NCBI RefSeq assembly: GCF_017876815.1 | Contig: NZ_JAGIOS010000002.1 | Coordinates: 330,001 to 362,000, forward strand | Direction of reading: 5' to 3' | Origin: Sinorhizobium meliloti | GTDB lineage: Bacteria > Pseudomonadota > Alphaproteobacteria > Rhizobiales > Rhizobiaceae | Length of the DNA: 32,000 nt | The notes under the pieces: generated by a model | Seen by the model: the letters and a program-made list of their open reading frames with translations, nothing else | Databases searched by the model: none | What the model was told of the DNA's origin: nothing | Program-made: the position numbers and the translations under genes | In this document: positions 7,798 through 15,484 of the stretch, piece by piece | How positions within the stretch are numbered: the first letter of the stretch is position 1 | Layout: each line of letters begins with the position of its first letter

Positions 7798-8902
7798 TCT
7801 GGCCCAAAAGCCTCAACGCGTGGCCGCACTCGCGACGCTGCCGCTCTTCTGGCCCCTGAACGGCAAACAGGCCGTCGTCGCCGGCGCCAGCGATGCGGCC
7901 GCCTGGAAGGCCGAGCTGCTGGCGGCCTGCGGCGCCGAAGTTCACGTCTACGCGCCACATGCGTCGCTGAGCGATCTCTTCCTCGACCTCCTCGCCCGTG
8001 GGCCCGCACATGATCGCGGCCGGCTCATTCACCACGACCAGGCGTGGCATGTCGGTGTTTTTCGCGACGCGGCAATCGCCGTTGCCGATTGCGACGAGCA
8101 ATCCGATGCGGAAGCATTCTTCCTGGCCGGGCGGAGCGCCGGCGTGCCTGTCAACGTCATCGACAGACCGGCCTTCTGTGCGTTCCAGTTCGGATCGATC
8201 GTGAACCGCTCGCCCGTGGTCGTCGCGATCTCGACGGACGGCGCGGCACCGATCCTGGCGCAGGCGCTCCGCCGGCGGATCGAAGCCCTGCTGCCGCCGG
8301 CACTCAAACAGTGGGCGACGGTGGCGCAGGCGATCCGCGACCGCGTGAACGCGCGGCTGAAACCAGGCGCCGCGCGCCGCGCCTTCTGGGAGCGCTTCGT
8401 CGACCGGGTCTTTCTGGATGCACCGGAGGAGGGTGTAGAGACGCGGCTGATGGCGGAGGTGGATCGTCTGGTCACGCGCCCCTCCGCCATCGGCCGCGTC
8501 ACCATCGTCGGCGCCGGACCCGGCGACGCGGAACTCCTTACCTTGAAGGCGGTTCGCGCCCTGCAAGCCGCCGACGTGATCCTCTTTGACGAATGGATCC
8601 CTGACGACGTCCTGGAACTGGCGCGCCGGGAGGCAAGGCGCGTCCCCGTCGCGCCGAGCGCCAAGGGTCGAAGCAGAGACATCGCGGCTCTCGTCGGGGA
8701 AGGGAAGCGCGTTGTGCGCCTTCGGTCCGGGAACCCGATGGCGCTTGCCGGTACCGTCGAGGAGATCGCAGCGCTTGAAGGCCTTGGAGTTCCTGTCGAG
8801 ATCGTGCCGGGTGTCGAGGCGGCACCTTGCCGTTCCGGCGTGATCCAGGTGGCCTTCCGCCGGAGGGAGGTCTCGCAACCGGGCCTGCGCGCTGCCCATT
8901 GA
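7769..8902 (+). CDS. cysG: CysG-like siroheme synthase: intact N-terminal precorrin-2 dehydrogenase/ferrochelatase part, but a degenerate and C-terminally truncated SUMT (methyltransferase) part
   Basis: 377 aa. The N-terminus has LPLFWPLNGKQAVVAGASDAAAWKAELL and NRSPVVVAISTDGAAPILAQALRRRIEALLP, which are CysG(B) hallmarks. The SUMT domain starts at GRVTIVGAGPGDAELLTLKA (about nt 8492) and stops shortly after VPGVEAA. AAGGGA lies 7 nt upstream of the ATG. The gene overlaps the nasA 3' end by 29 nt. It could equally be scored as a partial pseudogene. Confidence 0.65.
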   Translation: MAASPSLRSNLAQKPQRVAALATLPLFWPLNGKQAVVAGASDAAAWKAELLAACGAEVHVYAPHASLSDLFLDLLARGPAHDRGRLIHHDQAWHVGVFRDAAIAVADCDEQSDAEAFFLAGRSAGVPVNVIDRPAFCAFQFGSIVNRSPVVVAISTDGAAPILAQALRRRIEALLPPALKQWATVAQAIRDRVNARLKPGAARRAFWERFVDRVFLDAPEEGVETRLMAEVDRLVTRPSAIGRVTIVGAGPGDAELLTLKAVRALQAADVILFDEWIPDDVLELARREARRVPVAPSAKGRSRDIAALVGEGKRVVRLRSGNPMALAGTVEEIAALEGLGVPVEIVPGVEAAPCRSGVIQVAFRRREVSQPGLRAAH

Positions 8903-8926
8903 TGCAGACCGGGTGAACGCAACCGC

Positions 8927-9412
8927 TCAGGAGGCGGAGCCCGCGGAGCGGTTGGCGTTCCGCGATGCCTCCAGCCGATCGATGAACGGCCGTTGCGCAA
9001 CATTTATCTTGCTGCGCGCCTCCTCGAGCGTGAACCATCCGGCGCGGTCGACCTCCGGGAAGACCTGCATCCTGCCGCTCCGCGGCGGCCACTCTGTCTC
9101 GAACACGTTGCTGCGCAGGCTGGCTACGTCGAATTCACTCTCATGCGCATAGGCCGTGACGAGCTTGCCGCCCTTCTGGCGCTCCTCGCCGAGAAACTCC
9201 AAGGGGCCCGTTATCGCGATGCCGGTCTCCTCGAGGAACTCCCGGCGCGCAGCGGCTTCCGGCTCTTCATCGGCATCATACTCACCCTTCGGGATCGACC
9301 AGGCGCCGAGGTCCCTGTTCATCCAGAAAGGCCCGCCCGGATGGACGAGCAGAACGAGGAGGTTGCCCGCCTCGTATCGATAAAGCAGAACGCCCGCACT
9401 TTTCTTCGGCAT
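8927..9412 (-). CDS. NUDIX hydrolase
   Basis: 161 aa with a clear Nudix box GEYDADEEPEAAARREFLEETGI (GX5EX7REUXEEXGU). Convergent with the cysG-like gene; the gap is 24 bp. Confidence 0.88.
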   Translation of the reverse strand: MPKKSAGVLLYRYEAGNLLVLLVHPGGPFWMNRDLGAWSIPKGEYDADEEPEAAARREFLEETGIAITGPLEFLGEERQKGGKLVTAYAHESEFDVASLRSNVFETEWPPRSGRMQVFPEVDRAGWFTLEEARSKINVAQRPFIDRLEASRNANRSAGSAS

Positions 9413-9427
9413 TTCGACCTATCCGTT

Positions 9428-9591
9428 TGAAACTGCGCACCTCCGACGGAACCACACTCAGTTTGCTCATCCCGCTCTAGATCACGATGCTTTTAGGTCG
9501 GGTCGACCTAAACATGAACGTGATCGTTTCCAAAAAGTTAGAGCGGGATGCGGGCGGAAAACCGCACACACTTTTCCTCATCCCGCTCTAG
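9428..9591. repeat. Composite REP/RIME-like element, family A (three CATCCCGCTCTA cores plus a nested internal palindrome)
   Basis: CATCCCGCTCTA occurs at 9468-9479 (+), 9539-9550 (as TAGAGCGGGATG) and 9579-9590 (+). A good unit, GGCGGAAAACCGCACACACTTTTCCTCATCCCGCTCTAG, lies at 9553-9591, and a degenerate unit at about 9440-9480. There are internal palindromes GATCACG...CGTGATC and TAGGTCGggtCGACCTA. The outer arms are AAACTG (9430-9435) and CAGTTT (9459-9464). Confidence 0.8.
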
Positions 9592-10358
9592 GAGGAACCC
9601 TCCTTCTTCGTCGCCAGCATGTCGGCGATCTCCATCGGGAACGGGAAGATTATCGTCGAGTTCTTTTCGCCGGCGATGACATTCAAGGTGCTGAGATAGC
9701 GCAATTGCATCGCCTGCGGTTTCCGGGCGAGAATTTCGGCCGCTTCCAGCAGTTTCGCCGCGGCCTGCTGCTCGCCCTCGGCATTGATGACCTTGGCGCG
9801 CCTTTCGCGTTCGGCCTCGGCCTGGCGCGCTATCGCCCGGATCATCGATTCGTTGATGTCGACATGCTTGATCTCGACGGTAGCGACCTTGATGCCCCAT
9901 GCATCGGTCTGCACGTCGAGGATCTTCTGAATGTCCTCGTTCAGACGGTCGCGCTCCGCCAGCATCTCGTCCAGATCGTGCTTGCCAAGTACTGATCTCA
10001 GCGTCGTCTGGGCGAGCTGGCTCGTCGCGGCCATGAAATCCTCGACCTGGATCGTCGATTTCTCCGCGTCGATGACCCGGAAATAGATCACAGCACTGAC
10101 CCGCACCGAAACATTGTCGCGCGAGATCACGTCCTGGCTCGGCACGTCGAGAACACGGGTCCTGAGATCGACGCGCACCATCTGCTGCACATAGGGAAGG
10201 AGCAGGATCAGCCCCGGTCCCTTCACGCCGGTGAAACGGCCGAGCGTGAAGATCACGCCGCGTTCATATTCCCTGAGGATCCTGATCGCATAGGCGACGA
10301 CGATCAGCAGGAACAGGAGCGCGGCGGCAAAGGGCGCAAGATTTCCAAGCCAGGTCAT
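9588..10358 (-). CDS. SPFH/band-7 (stomatin-like, slipin) membrane protein
   Basis: 256 aa with an N-terminal TM helix. The motif series REYERGVIFTLGRF...GPGL..LPY...VDLR...DV..Q.VI..DNV...V.AV.YFRV and AEGEQQAA is typical of prokaryotic stomatins. The ATG overlaps the nfeD stop (ATGA). Confidence 0.9.
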   Translation of the reverse strand: MTWLGNLAPFAAALLFLLIVVAYAIRILREYERGVIFTLGRFTGVKGPGLILLLPYVQQMVRVDLRTRVLDVPSQDVISRDNVSVRVSAVIYFRVIDAEKSTIQVEDFMAATSQLAQTTLRSVLGKHDLDEMLAERDRLNEDIQKILDVQTDAWGIKVATVEIKHVDINESMIRAIARQAEAERERRAKVINAEGEQQAAAKLLEAAEILARKPQAMQLRYLSTLNVIAGEKNSTIIFPFPMEIADMLATKKEGSS

Positions 10359-11737
10359 GAGCGGTCTCCATCTCCTCCGGGCGCAGCGTTGCGCGCCACC
10401 TTGAGCGTGAGGCCCTCACGGCCGACGACCATCACGTCCTCTCCCGGGCCAAGCGATTCACTGCTGACGGCCCTCCACCGCTCGCCATGCGCGATCACGT
10501 AGCCGTCCGCTCCCGCCCAACTGTCGACCTTGCCGGAAATGCCGATCATCTCTTCCGCGCCGGTGGCGACCTTGTGCCGGCGGGACACAAGGGCGAGACG
10601 GGCGACCAGCAGACTGAAAGCCAGGCTGGCTATCGCAATACCGCTCAGTGCAGGCCAGGACACCTGCAGTCCGGGCATATCCGTATCGAAGAGAATGGCA
10701 GCGCCCAGCACCAGGGCAACGGTGCCGCCGAGGCCGAGCACGCCGAAAGACGGCGCATGCGCCTCCGCCACCAGCAGCCCCGCCCCGAGGAGGATGAGGC
10801 CGACGCCGGCATAGCTGACCGGCAGCACCGCAAGCGCGTAGAGACCGAGCAGGAGGCTTATGCCGCCGATTGTACCCGGCACCACTGTGCCGGGCGCGAG
10901 AAACTCGAAGATGAGCCCGTAGAGTCCCACCATCATCAGGAGGAGTGCGACGTTCGGATTGGTGATCACCGACAGCAGGCGCGTCCGCCAGTCCGGCGGC
11001 AGATCCTCTATGGCGAGCCCGGACGTATCGAGCCGGACATCGGATTGGCCGATGCGGACGGCGCGGCCGTGGGCCTGCTTCAAGAGGTCGTCGACGCTGA
11101 CGGCGGTGAAGTCGATGACCTGCTCGCGCGTGGCTGCGGCGGAGGAAAGGCTCGCGGCCTCGCGCACGGCCCGCTCCGCCCAGTCGACGTTGCGGTTGCG
11201 CAACTCCGCGAGGCCGCGGATATAGGCGACCGCATCGTTGATGAGTTTCGCTTCGCCGGCATTGGCCGGTTTGCGAGGCTCCGGCTTGTCCGGATCGCCA
11301 GGCTTTTCCTCGCCTTCCTGCTCGTCATTGCCAAACAATCCTCCGCCGATGGCGATCGGCGTCGCGGCGCCCAGATTCGTCCCCGGCGCCATGGCCGCAA
11401 TGTGGCTCGCATAGAGGATATAGGTGCCGGCGCTTGCCGCCCGCGCTCCGCTGGGAGATACGAAACTCGCGACCGGCACGGGAGAATCGAGGATGGCGCG
11501 TATGATGTCGCGCATCGACGTATCCAGTCCGCCGGGCGTGTCCATCTGCAGGACCACCAGCGCGGCGCCGCGATCCCTGGCCTGCTGAAGGCCGCGCGTC
11601 ACATATTCTGCCGCGGCGGGGCTTATGGCGCCGTTGACGTGCAGGACGAGCGCCGTGCGCTCGGCTCCGGGCACCGGCGTGACAGGAAATGCGAAGGCCG
11701 ACAGGAGACTGAACAACAGGATGAGGATGCGAGCCAT
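10355..11737 (-). CDS. nfeD: NfeD-family membrane-bound ClpP-class serine protease
   Basis: I prefer the ATG at 11737 (MARILILLFSLLSAFAFPV..., signal-like) over the track start at 11899. ClpP-like region: LQMDTPGGLDTSMRDII...SAGTYILYASHIAAMAPGTNLGAATPI. Central TM helices. C-terminal NfeD OB-fold: GKVDSW...GERWRAVS. Confidence 0.85.
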   Translation of the reverse strand: MARILILLFSLLSAFAFPVTPVPGAERTALVLHVNGAISPAAAEYVTRGLQQARDRGAALVVLQMDTPGGLDTSMRDIIRAILDSPVPVASFVSPSGARAASAGTYILYASHIAAMAPGTNLGAATPIAIGGGLFGNDEQEGEEKPGDPDKPEPRKPANAGEAKLINDAVAYIRGLAELRNRNVDWAERAVREAASLSSAAATREQVIDFTAVSVDDLLKQAHGRAVRIGQSDVRLDTSGLAIEDLPPDWRTRLLSVITNPNVALLLMMVGLYGLIFEFLAPGTVVPGTIGGISLLLGLYALAVLPVSYAGVGLILLGAGLLVAEAHAPSFGVLGLGGTVALVLGAAILFDTDMPGLQVSWPALSGIAIASLAFSLLVARLALVSRRHKVATGAEEMIGISGKVDSWAGADGYVIAHGERWRAVSSESLGPGEDVMVVGREGLTLKVARNAAPGGDGDRS

Positions 11738-11919
11738 TCGCCGTCGATACCTCACGGCTTCTCGTCTGCGGGCGCAGGCGGATAGCTGCAAACCACCTCG
11801 CCCGCTCCACCTTTCGTCGAAAATCAACGCATCCCAATATAGTGCAGAATCGCGGAAAGCGTAAGCGATGCCGCAGGCATGCTGCCGCAGAAGTTGCATC
11901 GGCGTTGCCGGGACGGGCG

Positions 11920-13383
11920 TCAGCCGGCCGGTGCCGCGGCCGAGTGCGGACGCGCGCCCCGGTGCACCCGGCGCGCCTGTGCCAGCGCGGCTATCTGCGC
12001 CGCCACGAAAATGGCGTGGTCGTTGACCTGCGGCAGGCCCATGAGTTCGCCAAAGGTGCCGCGGGCGAGAGGACCGGCGACGAAGAGGTCGTCCACCTCC
12101 CTGCCTTCGCTGTCGAGCGCCCTGCTGGTTTCGCTGCAGGCGAGGCCCAGTCCGACCGTGTCGGGGCGCAGATAGCCTGCGGCTCCGAGCGACTCCAGCC
12201 AGGACTGGCTTTGCAGGATCGACCGGTGCGCCGGGCCGGTGGTGATCACCACGGCGTCGAATTCCCCTTCTTCCGTTCCGCCGGCCCGCCGCCTCCGGAA
12301 AGTAACCGCGACATTCTTGCCGACGCGCGCAATATGAGCGATCGAACCGGCGAGGACGCGTATATCGCCGTCCCTCAGCCCCGCGCTCACGACCGCATCG
12401 ATTTGCGGAGCCACACGAAAACGGTGCACATCCCAGAAAGGCCGCACGTGACGGACAAGCCGCCGCCGCTCGGTCATGGGCAGATTGCGCCAGATCTCAC
12501 CGCCTTGTGCTCTGAGCGCATCGAGGACCGCATGCCATGTAAAGCCTTCCGCTTCCGCATCGAGGATCGTCCGGCGCACCTGGGAGAGCAACTTCGCTGC
12601 CGATCTCCAAGGCCGCGAGACGAAGTCGCCATAGGGGTCCTGCGCCCGGTCGGCATGTCCACGCGAACGCAGACCCCTGCGGGAAAAGGCGGTGATCGGC
12701 CCTTTGTGCCCGCGCCTGCGCAGAGTGGCGATCACGTCGGCGGAAGTCAGTCCCGTGCCGATGATCAGCACGCGGTCACCGGACCGGATCCTGTCGAGCG
12801 CATCCGGCTCGGTCGAATCCGGTACGTACCGTGGGTGCCCGGCGAGGACAGCGCCGATGCCCGCGGGCGCCTGCGGGGCCGGGTGCGTCGTCGCCACCAC
12901 CAGCACGTCGGCGCGCCTTAGCGTCCCGCCCGCCCCGCGAACTGCCCAGGCCGCTCCCTGACGCTCGACGGCGATCACCCTCTCCCGATGGTGTGCGATG
13001 CGCCCGTGTTCCAGGAACGGCGCGATCGTCTCGGCGACATAGCGACCGAAGAGCTGCCGGGCGGGATAGAGATGGCCGTCGCGGGCAAGCGCCTCGGGAT
13101 CGTCGCGCGGTTCGCCCCGAAGCTCGAGCCAGCGCATGAAATGGTCGGGATCGTCCGGATCGATGCTCATGCGCGCGGCCGGGACATTGACGCGATGCGC
13201 GGGCTCCGCGGTATCGTATGCAAGGCCGCATCCCAGCCGCTCCCGCGGCTCGAACAGGGCAATCTGCCAGCCATCCATGGCGCGATCCCGCGCCAGGTGC
13301 GTCGCGACCACGGCACCGGTGAAGCCGCCGCCGATGATTGCGACGGTCGGGCGCGTGCTGTAATGGTCGACGGCATCCATCAT
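11920..13383 (-). CDS. FAD/NAD(P)-binding protein, YdhS-like (COG4529 / PF13454-type), paralogue 1
   Basis: 487 aa. N-terminal dinucleotide fold VAIIGGGFTGAVVATHL. Second Rossmann motif VLIIGTGLTSADV. Conserved block W..L....R.LVRHVRPFWDVHRFRVAP. C-terminal VAGPLARG. The function of this family is unknown. Confidence 0.75.
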   Translation of the reverse strand: MMDAVDHYSTRPTVAIIGGGFTGAVVATHLARDRAMDGWQIALFEPRERLGCGLAYDTAEPAHRVNVPAARMSIDPDDPDHFMRWLELRGEPRDDPEALARDGHLYPARQLFGRYVAETIAPFLEHGRIAHHRERVIAVERQGAAWAVRGAGGTLRRADVLVVATTHPAPQAPAGIGAVLAGHPRYVPDSTEPDALDRIRSGDRVLIIGTGLTSADVIATLRRRGHKGPITAFSRRGLRSRGHADRAQDPYGDFVSRPWRSAAKLLSQVRRTILDAEAEGFTWHAVLDALRAQGGEIWRNLPMTERRRLVRHVRPFWDVHRFRVAPQIDAVVSAGLRDGDIRVLAGSIAHIARVGKNVAVTFRRRRAGGTEEGEFDAVVITTGPAHRSILQSQSWLESLGAAGYLRPDTVGLGLACSETSRALDSEGREVDDLFVAGPLARGTFGELMGLPQVNDHAIFVAAQIAALAQARRVHRGARPHSAAAPAG

Positions 13384-13516
13384 ATCGAAGACCTGCTGCG
13401 CAGCGACGACCGTGCCGTCGTTGAGTCAACCGTGTGAATTTGCCTGGCCGCTACTGCCCACAGCGGTCCGGGTGATCGGCATTCGTCGACCACCAATCCG
13501 GCCGCCGAGGTAGCGT

Positions 13517-14920
13517 CTATCCGGCTTTCAGCGCCAGTCGCTTGCCTGTCGCGATAAGCCTTGCTGCCGCATAGGTCTGGGTGACGATCTCAGGTACGAG
13601 GTCGATGTCGGGCAGGCTCCCCAATCCGAGCGGACCGATCGCGAAGAGGTTCGGCGTGCGTCCACACGGGCTCAAGACTTCTCCCGTCGGACTGACCGCT
13701 ATGCCGAGCTCGAGTTCATCGGGTTCGGCAAGCCCGCCCGCAAAAAGACTCCGGAGCAACGGCGTACCAAGGTCCGGGGCGGAACAGCGGCATTCGATCA
13801 CCTGATCGGCCCTGAGCAGTTCCTCGGCATGCTGGCCCGCCCAGCGCACCATGATGCCTTCCGGCAGTCGCCGCCCCGCCCGCCCGCGGCGAAGCACGGT
13901 CCGCCCCTCGGCAAGTTCCTGCTGCAGCCGCGCGTGGACAGCCGCCGGGAGGCGGTTTCTGTGGCTGTCGTAGATGGCCCGCAGGTGACGGTTGAACTGC
14001 CGCTTTTCCTGCGCCGAGAGCGATTGCCAGAGCGAGCGCGCCCGCCGGCGCAGGCCGTTCATGGCAGACTGCCAGCTTTGCCCCTTCGCTTCGGCTTCGG
14101 CGCAGGCCTGACGCACGAACCGAACGATCCGGCGCAGGCCCTGCGGCATCGGATCGACGGGGAAACTCGGGGCTGCTGCGAGCTGCGTATGCGCCTGCGG
14201 CAGGAAGCCGTGGCGCGAAACGAGCGTGACTTTTCCCGCATAACCGTTATCGCGCATCTGGAAAAGCTGGTCGACCACGCGAATGCCGCTGCCGAGCAGG
14301 ACCGCGTGGCGCGGGTCGACGAGGCGGCGCGTCCGCATAAGCGGTCGCTCCTCGTCAGAAACCTCGAGGTCGCGTGGATGCACGCCGAAGCCCGTTGCAA
14401 GAATGACGATGTCGCATGCGTCATGTCCGCCGTCGCGCACAAGGCTGAAGCGACCACTTGCGAGTTTCCGCAAGCCTGTGACCTGCTCGTGGGAGAACCT
14501 CACGGTGATGTCGGAACGTCGGGCAAGCGCCTCGGAAAAGCGCTGATGCACGTAGTCGCTGAAGATGCCTTTCGGCACGAAAATCTGCCGAAAGCCCGGG
14601 ATTGCCGCCGGAACGGCTGTTCGGAACTCATCATTGGCGCAAAGCCAGTCGTTGAAATCGTCGGGCTGGCCGGCCGCGACCGAGAGGTCGCGCACCCGGC
14701 TGTTGAGAATCTCGCAGCGCTGCGCCGCGGAAAAGGCCTGGCCGCCGTTGATCGATGGATGCGGGTCGTACATGGTGAGGTGGAACGATCCCCGCATCGA
14801 CTTCATTAGCGCGATCGCCATCATGATGCCGGAAAATCCACGGCCGACGATCGCAATCAACGGCTTCGAGGACGAGGCGGCCGTCGCTGACCTGTCGGCA
14901 AACAATCCAAGAACGGTCAT
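13517..14920 (-). CDS. FAD/NAD(P)-binding protein, YdhS-like, paralogue 2
   Basis: Same architecture as paralogue 1: IAIVGRGFSGIMMA, VLLGSGIRVVDQ, WQSLSAQEKRQFNRHLRAIYDSHRNRLP, AIGPLGLG. I chose the ATG at 14920 because AAGGAG lies 5 nt upstream. The track start at 14965 is a TTG with no SD. Confidence 0.75.
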   Translation of the reverse strand: MTVLGLFADRSATAASSSKPLIAIVGRGFSGIMMAIALMKSMRGSFHLTMYDPHPSINGGQAFSAAQRCEILNSRVRDLSVAAGQPDDFNDWLCANDEFRTAVPAAIPGFRQIFVPKGIFSDYVHQRFSEALARRSDITVRFSHEQVTGLRKLASGRFSLVRDGGHDACDIVILATGFGVHPRDLEVSDEERPLMRTRRLVDPRHAVLLGSGIRVVDQLFQMRDNGYAGKVTLVSRHGFLPQAHTQLAAAPSFPVDPMPQGLRRIVRFVRQACAEAEAKGQSWQSAMNGLRRRARSLWQSLSAQEKRQFNRHLRAIYDSHRNRLPAAVHARLQQELAEGRTVLRRGRAGRRLPEGIMVRWAGQHAEELLRADQVIECRCSAPDLGTPLLRSLFAGGLAEPDELELGIAVSPTGEVLSPCGRTPNLFAIGPLGLGSLPDIDLVPEIVTQTYAAARLIATGKRLALKAG

Positions 14921-15484
14921 GTGAGCTCCTTTCGCGAGCTGGCTGTCGCTCCGTGATCTGGGCAACTCTTAAGCAGGACTTCGAGACACACAAAAGCTCT
15001 GGTGAATTTCACGGGGTCGTATACCGCTCGCCCGTCGGGATTTTCCGGATCGACGCGCCAGCCAAAGAACGCCTTGCGCCGCCTCCTTCCCGCTTCAAGC
15101 GAAATAATTCTCCGGCCGAATACCGCCTAGCGCGCGCAATGGCCGCTGCAGGACTTCCAGTTCTTGCATGTTGTACCCTCAAATCGACTCCGACGTAAGA
15201 AACATGCGGCAACGTTTCGGCCTATGGTGGTCATCCTTTTCGGAGTAATCTATAATTTTTATATTCTATTGCAAAGTTGGCCAACGGCAAGCTATTTTGT
15301 CGAGGGGACGGCAACGGCACGCCGTCGACACGCATACCCCGCTGTTTTGCAAGGGAATTTTCTTACTCCAAGCAATCACCCCTACCGAGCGCCCACCTGC
15401 GCGACCGCTTCCGGGAGGGGCTGGAAGAAAATAGCGTCTGCTCCATACTAGAGGGCGGCGGCAATGCTCCACGGAGGGACAAGG

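Noticed and set aside
8029-9003. 324-aa minus-strand ORF spanning the cysG-NUDIX junction, which might have explained the missing cysG 3' end.
   Set aside because: Its composition is Ser/Arg/Thr/Pro-rich junk. It is antisense to the recognisable CysG N-terminal domain and overlaps the NUDIX gene's 3' end in another frame.
9428-9591. Possibility that the recurring palindromes (here and at 547-596, 16784-16887, 19187-19231, 24594-24630, 25898-25945, 30087-30115) are a CRISPR array.
   Set aside because: The copies are dispersed over 30 kb and belong to different sequence families. They are not separated by regular unique spacers, and there are no cas genes. They behave as REP/RIME-type elements.
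11738-11899. N-terminal extensions offered by the ORF track: nfeD (to 11899), glpK (to 31770), Rrf2 (to 17498), map (to 26770), YdhS-like paralogue 2 (to 14965, TTG), transposase (to 25745).
   Set aside because: The conserved family N-termini begin at internal ATGs that have better Shine-Dalgarno sequences. The extensions are Arg-rich and not family-like.
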